In this document: positions 9,700-18,986 of the stretch, piece by piece
How positions within the stretch are numbered: the stretch's first letter is position 1
How the letters are laid out: each line of letters begins with the position of its first letter
Origin: an uncultured Thermoleophilia bacterium
Lineage (GTDB): Bacteria > Actinomycetota > Thermoleophilia > UBA2241
Assembly (NCBI GenBank): GCA_963765635.1
Contig: CAVXXF010000002.1
Location: 914,411 to 978,410 of the forward strand
Direction: 5' to 3'
DNA: 64,000 nucleotides
The notes under the pieces: model-generated
Told to the model about the DNA's origin: nothing
The model's database searches: none
Seen by the model: only the letters and a program-made list of their open reading frames with translations
Translations under genes and position numbers: made by a program

Positions 9700-10950
9700 G
9701 TGAGCGGCGCGCTGCCGCGCGCCGCCGTCGTGCTCAGCGGCAACGAGCTCCTCGACGGGCGTACTCGCGACACCAACGGCGCTTTCGTGAGCGCCGACCT
9801 CAGCGGCCGGGGAGTGAAAGTGACAAGCGTCCTCACGGTCGCCGACGACGAAGAGCGTCTCACTGCGGCCCTGCAGTACTCACTGGCCGCTGAGCCCGAC
9901 CTGCTCGTGATCGGTGGCGGTCTGGGCACGACCCATGACGACCTCACCGCCGCGTGTCTGGCGCGTGCCCTCGGCGTGAGCCTCGCCGAAGACGCCACCG
10001 CGCTCGCCATGGTCCAGGAGCGCGTGCGCTGGGTCGCCGAGCGCCGCCACGTGGACTTCGACGAGCTGTTCCCCCTCGCGCGTCGGCAGGCCCTGTTGCC
10101 GGCCGGCTCCAGTCCTGTCTCTCCGGCCGGCGTCGCGCCCGGCATCGCCGCGCGCCGCGGGCCGACGCGCATCTACGCCTACCCGGGAGTGCCCCACGAG
10201 TTCCAGGCCATGTGGCGCGCCACCGCCGAGCGTCTGCAGGCCGAGGAGTTCTTCCCCGACGTCGCGGTGCGCATCGTGCGCATGTTCGGCATCGGCGAAC
10301 TGCAGGTGGCGCCGCTGCTCGACGCGGAAGCGCACGATCTGCTCGAGACGGGGATCAATGTCGGCAGGGGAGAGGTGACCGTCAGGCTACGCTACCGGCG
10401 CGGGGCGCCCGCCGACGCCCAGGCGGCGGCGCTGGTCGCCGCGCTCACCGCCGGCGCGCCGGTGTTCAGCTCCGACGGTCGCAGCGTCGACGACCTGGTC
10501 GCCGATGCTCTCCGTGCCGGCAGCCTCACGGTCGCCGTCGCGGAGTCGTGCACCGGCGGTCTGCTCGGCGCCCGACTCAGCGAGCGGCCGGGAAGCTCAG
10601 GCTACTTCCTCGGCGGCGTCATCAGCTATGCCAACGAGATCAAGATGGAACTGCTGGGCGTACCGGCGGCCATGCTCGTGCAGTACGGCGCGGTCTCCGA
10701 GGAGGTCGCTGGGGCGATGGCCGAAGGCGCGCGCGCCGCGACGGGCGCCGACTACGCTCTGGCCGTGAGCGGCGTCGCAGGGCCGGACGGCGGCACGGCG
10801 GACAAGCCCGTGGGCCTCGTCTACGTGGCCTGTTGCGGGCCGCGCCGCACGTACGGCGTGCGCGGCCTCTATCCGGGCGATCGCGTCTCGGTGCGCGAGT
10901 ACAGCGTCTCCGCGGCGCTCCACCTGCTGCGCCGGGAGCTGGAGGGGTGA
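9700..10950 (+). CDS. cinA: competence/damage-inducible protein CinA (MoCF-biosynthesis domain + CinA C-terminal)
   Basis: N-terminal VVLSGNELLDGRTRDTNG and C-terminal CinA domain (AESCTGGLLG). Confidence 0.8.
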   Translation: MSGALPRAAVVLSGNELLDGRTRDTNGAFVSADLSGRGVKVTSVLTVADDEERLTAALQYSLAAEPDLLVIGGGLGTTHDDLTAACLARALGVSLAEDATALAMVQERVRWVAERRHVDFDELFPLARRQALLPAGSSPVSPAGVAPGIAARRGPTRIYAYPGVPHEFQAMWRATAERLQAEEFFPDVAVRIVRMFGIGELQVAPLLDAEAHDLLETGINVGRGEVTVRLRYRRGAPADAQAAALVAALTAGAPVFSSDGRSVDDLVADALRAGSLTVAVAESCTGGLLGARLSERPGSSGYFLGGVISYANEIKMELLGVPAAMLVQYGAVSEEVAGAMAEGARAATGADYALAVSGVAGPDGGTADKPVGLVYVACCGPRRTYGVRGLYPGDRVSVREYSVSAALHLLRRELEG

Positions 10951-11504
10951 GTCCGGGGGGAGGCGACGAAGGGATTCTTCGCCTCTTCGTCGCCTGCGAC
11001 CTTCCAGAAGAGACGCGCCTCGCCGTCACGGCCTGGCAGCGCGAGGCGCTCGAGGGTCGCGAAGGGCTGCGCCTCAACCACGCCTTGCACATCACGCTGG
11101 CGTTTCTCGGCGCGGTGGCGGCGGCCCGCGTGCCCGAGCTCACCGAGAAGCTTTTGCAGGTTTGTGTGCGACCCTGCGATGTGGCCGTCACGGGGCCGGC
11201 CTTTCTGCCCGTGAGCGGCCCCAAACGCGTGCTCGTGCTGCGCCTCGCCGACCGCGACGGTGAGCTCGCGCGGCTGCAGGCGGCTGTGGCGGGCGCGCTT
11301 GCGGGGACCGGCCTCTTCGAAGCTGAGGGACGCCCCTGGCTGCCGCATCTCACGGTCGCCCGTTTTCGCCGTCCCCGTCAACCGTTTTCCCTGCAAAACG
11401 TCAACATCCCGGGGTTTTGTGTCGTCCGCGTCGTCTTGTATAGTAGCCTCCTGGAGAGGGCAGGCGCCGTGCACACTCCCCTGGCAGAATTCGCCGCATC
11501 CTGA
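10947..11504 (+). CDS. thpR: RNA 2',3'-cyclic phosphodiesterase (2'-5' RNA ligase family, 2H)
   Basis: Two H-x-T-x motifs ([15 protein letters not shown]). GTG start overlaps the cinA stop (GTGA). Confidence 0.7.
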   Translation: MSPGGGDEGILRLFVACDLPEETRLAVTAWQREALEGREGLRLNHALHITLAFLGAVAAARVPELTEKLLQVCVRPCDVAVTGPAFLPVSGPKRVLVLRLADRDGELARLQAAVAGALAGTGLFEAEGRPWLPHLTVARFRRPRQPFSLQNVNIPGFCVVRVVLYSSLLERAGAVHTPLAEFAAS

Positions 11505-11523
11505 GCAAGAGAGGAGCGCTACC

Positions 11524-12591
11524 TTGGACAAGGACAAAGCCCTTGAGGCCGCCGTCACGCAGATCGAGCGCCAGTTCGGCAAGGGCAGCGTCATGCGCCT
11601 CGGCGACCACCCCGTGAGCGACGACATGCAGTTCGTGCCCACCGGGTCGCTGGCCCTCGACATCGCTCTCGGCGTGGGCGGCATCCCGCGCGGCCGCATC
11701 GTCGAGATCTACGGCCCGGAGTCGTCGGGCAAGACGACCATGGTCTATCACCTCATCGCGCAGGCGCAGCGGCTCGGCGGCCAGGCCGCCTTCATCGACG
11801 CCGAGCACTCCATGGACCCTATCTACGCCAAAGCCATCGGCGTCGACGTCGACAACCTGCTGGTATCGCAGCCCGACTACGGAGAGCAGGCCCTCGAGAT
11901 CGCCGAGATGCTGGTCCGCAGCGGCGCCCTCGACATCGTCGCCATCGACTCCGTGGCGGCGCTCACGCCCAAGGCCGAGATCGAGGGTGAGATGGGCGAC
12001 AGCTTCGTCGGTCTGCAGGCGCGCCTCATGAGCCAGGCGTTGCGCAAGCTCGCTGGGAGCCTCAACCGCTCGGGCACCATCTGCTGCTTCACCAACCAGC
12101 TGCGCGAGAAGATCGGTGTCATGTTCGGCAGCCCCGAGGTCACCACGGGCGGCAAGGCGCTCAAGTTCTATGCCACCATCCGTCTCGACATCCGCCGCAT
12201 CGAGACACTCAAGGACGGCACCGACGCAGTCGGCAACCGCGTGCGCGTCAAGGTCGTCAAGAACAAGGTCGCGCCGCCCTTCAAGCAGGCCGAGTTCGAC
12301 ATCATGTACGGGCAAGGCATCTCGCGCGAGGGCACGCTGCTCGACCTCGGCGTCGTCCACGATGTGGTCGCCAAGAGCGGCGCCTTCTTCAGCTACAACG
12401 ACGAACGCCTCGGGCAGGGCCGCGCCAACGCCAAGGTCTTCCTCAAGGAGAACCCCGACATGGCCGACGCCATCGAGCTGCAGATCCGCGAGAAGGCCGG
12501 TCTCCCGCTGGTCTCCATCGGCGCGACGGCGCCGTCCGCGGCACCGGTCGTGCCCGAGGGCGTCGACCCGGTCACCGGCGAGGTGCTGTAG
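11524..12591 (+). CDS. recA: recombinase RecA
   Basis: Full RecA sequence (GPESSGKTT Walker A). Likely TTG start at 11524 after RBS GAGAGGAG; the upstream extension of the track ORF was rejected. TAG stop. Confidence 0.9.
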   Translation: MDKDKALEAAVTQIERQFGKGSVMRLGDHPVSDDMQFVPTGSLALDIALGVGGIPRGRIVEIYGPESSGKTTMVYHLIAQAQRLGGQAAFIDAEHSMDPIYAKAIGVDVDNLLVSQPDYGEQALEIAEMLVRSGALDIVAIDSVAALTPKAEIEGEMGDSFVGLQARLMSQALRKLAGSLNRSGTICCFTNQLREKIGVMFGSPEVTTGGKALKFYATIRLDIRRIETLKDGTDAVGNRVRVKVVKNKVAPPFKQAEFDIMYGQGISREGTLLDLGVVHDVVAKSGAFFSYNDERLGQGRANAKVFLKENPDMADAIELQIREKAGLPLVSIGATAPSAAPVVPEGVDPVTGEVL

Positions 12592-12601
12592 GGCTCCAGA
12601 C

Positions 12602-13255
12602 GTGCCTGTCGTCACCGCTCTTCGGGCCACTCGCCGTGGCCACGTCGCCGTGCACGTCGACGGCAGCTTCGTCTGCAGCGTCAGCGACTCGTTCGTCGCG
12701 CGCTGGCGTCTGTACCAGGGGCGCGAGCTCGACGCCGACGCGCTCGCCCAGCTTCGCGGCCAGGGGTCGGCCGAACGGGTCATGGCCGACGCCTACCGCC
12801 TGCTCGGGCACCGCGCCCGCAGCCGTCATGAGCTCCGCCGGCGGCTGCTGCAGAAGGGGCACGACGACGAGGCCGTCGCAGAGGCGCTCGAACGCCTCGC
12901 CGCCGACGGCCTGCTCGACGACGCCGAGTTCGCGCGCTGCTATGTGGCCGACAAGCGCGGCCTCAGCGGCTGGGGCAGCCAGCGCATCCGCCGCGGCCTG
13001 ACCGAGCTGGGCGTCGATCACGACGTGATCGACGCGGCGCTCGGGGCCGCCGCGGCCGCCGAAAGCGAAGACGCGGAGCTCGAACGTGCGCTTGAGGCGC
13101 TGCGCCGCCGCGGCGCGCCGCAGGCGCCGCTCGACGCGGCCCGGCGGCGCGCCTATCAATCCTTGGTACGGCGTGGCTTCAGCACGGCGATCGCGTATGC
13201 GGCAATACGGCGCTGGAGCGGCGACCAGCCCTCCGTGAGCGGCGACGAGACCTGA
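12602..13255 (+). CDS. recX: recombination regulator RecX
   Basis: RecX-like repeats directly downstream of recA; GTG start at 12602. Confidence 0.8.
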   Translation: MPVVTALRATRRGHVAVHVDGSFVCSVSDSFVARWRLYQGRELDADALAQLRGQGSAERVMADAYRLLGHRARSRHELRRRLLQKGHDDEAVAEALERLAADGLLDDAEFARCYVADKRGLSGWGSQRIRRGLTELGVDHDVIDAALGAAAAAESEDAELERALEALRRRGAPQAPLDAARRRAYQSLVRRGFSTAIAYAAIRRWSGDQPSVSGDET

Positions 13256-13279
13256 GGCGCTCGCGGCGCCGGCGCCCGG

Positions 13280-15061
13280 CTACTCGCCGAAGGTCATCTC
13301 GCGCAGGAAGACCTCATGGAACCGGCTGTCCATGGCCAGTTCGCGGAACGTGATCTTCCTTCGGAGCTCGGCGATCCGCTCGCGCTGACGCACGTCGATC
13401 AAGGCCATCTGCGCGCCGACTCCGGCGGCGTTCCCCACGAAAGCGATGCGGTTCGTGGCGATTGGCGGAAGCAGCCCGATGGCCAGCGCGTTATCCAGAC
13501 CCAGGTAGTTGCCGAACGCCCCGGCGACGAAGACGTGACGCAGGTCCTGGGGCTCCAGGCCGGCGTTCGAGAGCAGCAGCGACCATCCGGCGGCAATCGC
13601 TCCCTTGGCCAGCTGGAGGGCCCGTACGTCGCGCTGCGTGAAGACGATCTCGCCCTGGGCGCCCTCCGCCACCAGATACTCGAGGCCGCGTGCGCCTCGG
13701 CGCACGCGTTCGTGGGCCTGCATCAGGCCCGATCTGTCGACGACCCCGGTGGCGAGTAGTCCGGCGAGGATATCGACGACCCCGGAGCCGCAGATCCCGA
13801 CCGGCTCGGCCCGGCCGATGGTCTGGATGTGCCTTGGCCGGCCATCGGTGGTGAAGTCGATGCGCTCGATGGCGCCCTCGGTAGCCTTCATGCCGCAGGT
13901 GATCTGATAGCCCTCGAAGGCCGGCCCCGATGCGCAGCTCGTCACCGATACTTTGCCGTCCTTGACCAGCGCGATCTCGGTGTTCGTGCCGATGTCGATG
14001 GCCATGGCCGGCAGGCGCTTCGCCTCGAGGTGCGTCGCCGCGATGACGGCCAGGCAGTCTGACCCAACGAAGCCGGCGATGGGCGGCATGAAGTAGATGC
14101 GCCCCTCGGGGTTCATGGTCACGCCCAGATCGGCGGCGCGCAGTGAGAGCGGTTCGTCGAGCGCCGGCGCGAACGGAGCACCCGTCAACCCCAGGGGCGA
14201 CAGCCCCAGCGCCAGATGGTGCATCGCCGTGTTGCCCACGATCACCATGTCGTACACGTGCTGCGCGGAGATCTCCTGGCGAACGCAGAGCGTCGCGAGT
14301 ACCTCGTTGATGCCCTCTGCGGCAAGACGCGTGAGCTCGAGCAGCGCTGCTTCATCCAGAGCCTCGGTGATCCGCGAGATCACGTCCTCACCGTAACGCA
14401 TCTGCGGATTCTCGATGGCCTCCTGGTCGATCAGGTGGCCTTCCTGAAGGTCCATGAGGTAGACGATGATCTTGGACGTGCCGATGTCGACGGCGGCCCC
14501 GTAGGCGCTCAGGCCGACGTGCCTCGGCTCGATGTCGATGAGGCATCCTTCGTACATCGTGGTGGTGACCGAGAAGCGGCCGTCACGCAGGGACACGGGA
14601 AGCTTGCGCAGCACCGACAGAGGCAGAGCGGTGGCGCCCAGCTCCTCCCGCACACGCTCGCGGTCGCTGCGCGCGTCCTCGAACGTGGCGCGAGGTAGCG
14701 TGGCAGCTTGCCTGCCGACCGCGGACCGGGCCTCGCCGTGCGTGAGCTTCGAGGCCGTGAGGATCTGCCGGCGACCCGCGGTCTCGCGCACCTCGACGCT
14801 GACGCGCGCCGAGAGCGGCATGGCCTGACACGCAAGGCGCCAGCCCTCGGCGCGCTGCTCAGGCGTCAGCTTGCTCAGCTCGACGCTTGTCGGAGGGCTG
14901 AGCTCTCCCGCTCCCAAACGTACCCGGCACTTGCCGCACGTCCCCCGGCCGGCGCAGTCGACAGGCAGGCCTACGGCCGCACTCGATACGGCCGCCAGCA
15001 GCGTGTCGCCGGCGGCGACCTCGACGGTGACGCCGATGGGCTCAACAAGGACCTTGAACAC
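13280..15061 (-). CDS. corrinoid activation/regeneration protein (RamA/RACo-like: N-terminal 2Fe-2S ferredoxin + ASKHA ATPase, DUF4445)
   Basis: N-terminal plant-type ferredoxin CxxGxCGxC motif (CAGRGTCGKCRV), long ATPase domain. GTG start at 15061 with RBS AAGAGG. Divergent from mtmB. Confidence 0.75.
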   Translation of the reverse strand: MFKVLVEPIGVTVEVAAGDTLLAAVSSAAVGLPVDCAGRGTCGKCRVRLGAGELSPPTSVELSKLTPEQRAEGWRLACQAMPLSARVSVEVRETAGRRQILTASKLTHGEARSAVGRQAATLPRATFEDARSDRERVREELGATALPLSVLRKLPVSLRDGRFSVTTTMYEGCLIDIEPRHVGLSAYGAAVDIGTSKIIVYLMDLQEGHLIDQEAIENPQMRYGEDVISRITEALDEAALLELTRLAAEGINEVLATLCVRQEISAQHVYDMVIVGNTAMHHLALGLSPLGLTGAPFAPALDEPLSLRAADLGVTMNPEGRIYFMPPIAGFVGSDCLAVIAATHLEAKRLPAMAIDIGTNTEIALVKDGKVSVTSCASGPAFEGYQITCGMKATEGAIERIDFTTDGRPRHIQTIGRAEPVGICGSGVVDILAGLLATGVVDRSGLMQAHERVRRGARGLEYLVAEGAQGEIVFTQRDVRALQLAKGAIAAGWSLLLSNAGLEPQDLRHVFVAGAFGNYLGLDNALAIGLLPPIATNRIAFVGNAAGVGAQMALIDVRQRERIAELRRKITFRELAMDSRFHEVFLREMTFGE

Positions 15062-15266
15062 TGGTGCACCTCTTTCCGGGCGGGGCGAGAGCCTGGCTCT
15101 CGACGAGCGATGGCATGCGATCCTCGCTATGTATCTCACAAGGTCTGTGGATGCTGCAACGGCGGGCCCCTGGGAGTGGCGGCTGCCTGCACGACGTGCG
15201 GCCCTTCGCCGACCACTGCGGGGAGCCTGTGGAATCACCGCACCATGTTGGACAAACGGCAGTCTC

Positions 15267-15297
15267 TTGACGATGTCTCCCCACCAAAGCGTATACT
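15267..15297 (+). promoter_or_regulatory. candidate sigma70-like promoter (TTGACG, N19, TATACT) upstream of mtmB
   Basis: Hexamers read directly in the divergent RACo/mtmB intergenic region. The spacer is long, so confidence is low. Confidence 0.3.
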
Positions 15298-15437
15298 CCG
15301 GATGATTCGGCGATGAGTCGCATCGCTGGAGTCACGCGGATGCCATCGAGTCTCCGACAGGGAGGTGGTGCTCTAGCCCGAGGCAACAGCGAGCTGGAAT
15401 CAGTCTTCTGAACCGCGAGTCTGGAAGGAGGAGCCAC

Positions 15438-16847
15438 ATGGCTGGACCTGGGACCAAAGCCCAGCGCGAGCGCATGTCGGTCTTCGAGGCGTACGAGAGG
15501 GCCCGCAAGGGGCCAAAGGTCGATGAGGCGGTCTGGAACTTCGAGACCATCCCGCAGACGGCCACACGCCTCAAGGAGAAGTACGGGATCAAGATGGACA
15601 AGAGCGTCATGGTCCCCACTGATCCCGAGATGATGAAGAAGCTCTATCAGGCCGGTCTCGAGATGCTCGTCGAATGCGGCGTGTACTGCATCTCCACCGG
15701 ACGCGTCATCAAGTGGACCGAAGAAGAGGTCCTTCTCAACCTCGCCACAGCGCCGAAGGAATGCGTGATCGGCGAGGGACTCCACTCCCGCCGAATGTTC
15801 CCGCGCTCGCACAAAGACACGCGTCCGCCGCTCGTCCAGGGCGGCCCCACTGGCGCGCCCTGCAGCGAAGAGCACTTCTTCGGCATCCACGAGTCATACG
15901 TCAAAGAGGGTATCGTCGACTGCATCGTCGACGGGGTGCTCTCCACGGTCAACGGCTATAACCCGGCTCCGGACACCCCGTGGGAGGTCCTCGCCGGTCG
16001 CCAGGAGATCATGATGGTCCGCATGGCGCAAGCCAAGTGCGGCCGCCTGGGGATGGGTTTGTAGGGCCCAGAGACCACTCTGAACGCTGCTGCCACGATC
16101 TCTCAGGATTTCGTGGGCGGCATGCGGAAATCAGACAACCACGAAGTCTCGCAGTTGAATGAGCTGAAGTGCGACATAGGCGCGTTGACCTTCACTTCTC
16201 ATTACAATCTCGCTGCCGACGTCGTGATGGTCGAGCAGATGCCAATCTTCGGTGGTTTTGCCGGTGGTCTCGAGGAGACGACCATCGTCAACGTCGCCAC
16301 GCATCTCAACTCTTTCGTCACGTTCGGTGGTACTTGGCACCTTGATGGTCCGGTGCACATGCGCTGGGGGATCACGACGACCAGGGAGGCCCTGGCCATC
16401 GCCGGTCACGCCATCATGGCGGTCAACTCCGTCTGGCCGAGCCTCATGAGCGGCAATCAGTACTACACGATGGCCGGTCCGTGTACGGTCATGTGCCTGC
16501 TGGAGACCGCCGCCCAGGCGATCACCGACACCTCCAGTGGTCGCGAGATCATGTCCGGCGTCGCCGCCGCCAAGGGCGTCATCACCGACAAGACCACAGG
16601 CATGGAGGCGCGGTTCATGGGCGAGTGCGCTCACGCCGTGGCCGGCATGCCTACCCAGCAGACCAACGAGATCCTCGATGCCCTCGTCAAGATGTACGAG
16701 GGCGACTACAAGACCGCCGACCAAGGCAAGTTCTACCCAGAGTGCTACGACACGGTCAAAGTCGTCCCGACCGACGAGTACCTCGAGGTCTACGACAAGG
16801 CCTGCGCCGCCATGAAGGGTCTCGGCGTCAACTACAAGCTGTGGTAG
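15438..16847 (+). CDS. mtmB: monomethylamine:corrinoid methyltransferase with in-frame UAG (predicted pyrrolysine) at 16062-16064
   Basis: The two track ORFs (15438-16064 and 16113-16847) are in the same frame, separated only by TAG. The flanks GRLGMGL*GPETTLN align to the Methanosarcina MtmB pyrrolysine site (GRPGMGV-O-GPETSLS). Strong identity elsewhere (KLYQAGLEMLVECGVYC, HEVSQLNELK). Confidence 0.8.
16062..16064 (+). other. in-frame amber codon in mtmB, predicted pyrrolysine
   Basis: TAG sits at the conserved pyrrolysine position, and the reading frame is conserved across it. Confidence 0.75.
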
Positions 16848-16895
16848 AAGGAGTCCGGACAGTGACCACGCCGAGTTCAAGGAGGCTGTTGGGAA

Positions 16896-17543
16896 ATGGG
16901 AAATGAGGCGTTCTACAAAGAGGCGATCGACTCTCTCGTGAACCACGACAAGGTCGTGGCAGAAGACGTGGCCAAGCGTGCCATTGCTGCCGGCGTCAGC
17001 CCGCAGGAGATCATGCAGAACGGGTTCGTCGTTGGCATCCGCCAGGTCGGTGACCAGTTCGACGAGGGCGAGGTCTACCTGCCCGAGCTCATGCTGGCGG
17101 CGGCGGCGATGGAAGCCGCGATGGCGATCTGCAACGCAGCTCTGCCCGAGGGCGAGAGCGAGACGCGTGGCGTCGTCGTCATCGGCACCGTCGAAGGCGA
17201 CGTCCACGACATCGGCAAGGCCATCGTCTGCGCGTATCTGCGGGCGAACGGCTACGACGTTCACGACCTCGGTCGCGACGTGCCGGTGGATGCGTTCGTC
17301 GACAAGGCCGAGGAGGTCAACGCCGACATTATCGGCGCCAGCGCTCTGCTCACGGCGACCATGCGCAAGCAGGCCGAGATCCTGGCCGAGCTCGACGACC
17401 GGGGCATCCGCGACAAGTACAAGTTCGTGGTCGGCGGCGCGCCGTGTACGCAGGAGTACGCGGACTCCATCGGCGCCGACGCCTACGCCGCGGACGCCAG
17501 CGACGGCGTCAAGAAGATCGAGAAGATGCTGGGCATCAAGTAA
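16896..17543 (+). CDS. mtmC: monomethylamine corrinoid protein (B12-binding)
   Basis: DxHxxG cobalamin-binding motif (GDVHDIGK), MtmC-like N-terminal helical domain. RBS GGAGG. Confidence 0.8.
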   Translation: MGNEAFYKEAIDSLVNHDKVVAEDVAKRAIAAGVSPQEIMQNGFVVGIRQVGDQFDEGEVYLPELMLAAAAMEAAMAICNAALPEGESETRGVVVIGTVEGDVHDIGKAIVCAYLRANGYDVHDLGRDVPVDAFVDKAEEVNADIIGASALLTATMRKQAEILAELDDRGIRDKYKFVVGGAPCTQEYADSIGADAYAADASDGVKKIEKMLGIK

Positions 17544-17578
17544 GAAGAGGTCGGGCTGCGGCAAGCGGCTCGTGTCAC

Positions 17579-17666
17579 GGCAGGGGCGGCGCTCGCGCGC
17601 GAAGAACGCCGCCCCTGCCCCCCATGATCGGCCGCTTGCGCACCGCGCAAGCGGCCGATTTGCATT
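17579..17666 (+). terminator. two consecutive GC-rich hairpins after mtmC (the second is a 15-bp perfect stem followed by TTTGCATT)
   Basis: First: GGCAGGGGCGGCG...CGCCGCCCCTGCC. Second: ATCGGCCGCTTGCGC acc GCGCAAGCGGCCGAT then a T-rich tail. Confidence 0.5.
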
Positions 17667-17886
17667 GGGAAGTGCTTCACAAGCGCAGAGGGCATTGACC
17701 CCGCGGGGAATTTGTCCATAATGGCGCATAAGGCGGGTGACCGCCGTCCACAGCGTCCACACGGACGCACGCGGGCAGCGAATCACCTCCCCAGACAGGC
17801 ACCATCAAGAGGCACCAAGCCAAGACTCAGACTGGAGGTCGCCGGATGATGAGACTGTTCGCGAAACGCATCGCGAGGGGGGGGAC

Positions 17887-18246
17887 ATGAGCACGCCCGA
17901 TGTCGACCACGTCGTCGAAGAGGCGATCGAAGCCCAGGAGCGCGCCGGTAAGCACGACCCCCGCATCGACAAGCTGTACAGGCAGGACACCACCGTCATC
18001 TACTTCTTCGTCGTGACCTTGTGGGTCGTGCTGTGGGGCGTGTTCTTCCTCGTCGCCAACCCGGAGATTACCAACGACTCACTGCGCTGGCTCCTCATCG
18101 GACTCGGCCTTTTCGCCTCGATCTTCAACAGCGTCGGCATGATCTCCAACACGCGGAGGCTCAAGCACGAGGCGGTGCGCTTCTACTCTCAGGACCTCTT
18201 CTGGCAGGACGAGAAGAAGCGCCGCAAGGCGGCGGGCCTCCTGTGA
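17887..18246 (+). CDS. small membrane protein (2-3 TM)
   Basis: ATG after a G-rich RBS, hydrophobic segments, tightly packed with the following small ORFs. Confidence 0.4.
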   Translation: MSTPDVDHVVEEAIEAQERAGKHDPRIDKLYRQDTTVIYFFVVTLWVVLWGVFFLVANPEITNDSLRWLLIGLGLFASIFNSVGMISNTRRLKHEAVRFYSQDLFWQDEKKRRKAAGLL

Positions 18247-18276
18247 GCGGCGCATCATCCCATAAGGAGGCCATCG

Positions 18277-18453
18277 ATGGCTGAGGAAGAACGTCGCCAG
18301 GAGCCCAAGGAGGAGTGGGTCCCGTACAAGGACTACAAGGCGCCCACGCAGAGCACCCTGTGGCAGATCATCGACGTGCTTTTCGTCCTGATCCTCTGCT
18401 ACATCTGCCTGCTGATTCCGATCCTGCTCACCGGCAAGCTGATCGTGGGGTGA
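18277..18453 (+). CDS. 58-aa single-TM membrane protein (below the ORF-track size cutoff)
   Basis: Strong RBS AAGGAGG 6 nt before the ATG. C-terminal hydrophobic helix IIDVLFVLILCYICLLIPILL. Confidence 0.4.
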   Translation: MAEEERRQEPKEEWVPYKDYKAPTQSTLWQIIDVLFVLILCYICLLIPILLTGKLIVG

Positions 18454-18456
18454 GCG

Positions 18457-18792
18457 ATGAAACGTTTGTCACGTACCGGGGCGCGCTCGTCCAGCAGGGC
18501 TCGCCGGCTCATCTCACTGCTGGCGATCGCGCTGCTTTGCCTCACCATCGCGGCCATCTTCGCCGGGGCCGCCCTCGCTGAGGGCGGCGTGATCATCACG
18601 GGCAACGGCACGGAGATCGCCACGTCCGAAGGCATGGAGGCGCCGTCGCTCGACTACACGTTCGTGTGGTGGAGCTTCATCCTCACGTTCGGCCTTCTTG
18701 CCCTCTACTACATCTTCGTGCTGCGCATATCCAACACGGAGTTCAAGAAGATCATCGACGCCCACTTTGGGCCGAAGCAAGACGGGGAGTGA
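18457..18792 (+). CDS. small membrane protein (N-terminal and C-terminal TM)
   Basis: ATG 4 nt after the previous stop; two hydrophobic segments. Confidence 0.4.
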   Translation: MKRLSRTGARSSSRARRLISLLAIALLCLTIAAIFAGAALAEGGVIITGNGTEIATSEGMEAPSLDYTFVWWSFILTFGLLALYYIFVLRISNTEFKKIIDAHFGPKQDGE

Positions 18793-18797
18793 CCGGC

Positions 18798-18986
18798 ATG
18801 GTATGGATCAATTACGCCGCCTGGGCGCTGTCCATCCTTTTCCTGGGGTGGACGATCGTCGACGCATTCCGCATTGAGACCACCTACGACCATGACCTCC
18901 TCGTCAGTTCCGTCGAGGGTGAGATCGAGAAGGAGATCCTCGATCACGCGCACCCGGCAACTCCACCGGCCCAGTCGGGCGACTGA
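18798..18986 (+). CDS. 62-aa single-TM protein
   Basis: ATG 6 nt after the previous stop. Its stop overlaps the start of the permease (TGATG). Confidence 0.35.
   Translation: MVWINYAAWALSILFLGWTIVDAFRIETTYDHDLLVSSVEGEIEKEILDHAHPATPPAQSGD

Noticed and set aside
11260-11523. N-terminal extension of recA suggested by the track (start 11260)
   Set aside because: The extension overlaps the thpR 3' end and has no RecA similarity. The conserved N-terminus begins at TTG 11524 after a good RBS.
12116-12601. Long N-terminal extension of recX (track ORF from 12116)
   Set aside because: The extension lies inside recA in another frame. RecX similarity starts at GTG 12602.
15438-16847. Treating the mtmB, mtbB and mttB halves as separate genes or as ordinary nonsense pseudogenes
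   Set aside because: All three have the stop as TAG specifically, in frame, at the conserved Pyl column of three different families. The coincidence is too specific.
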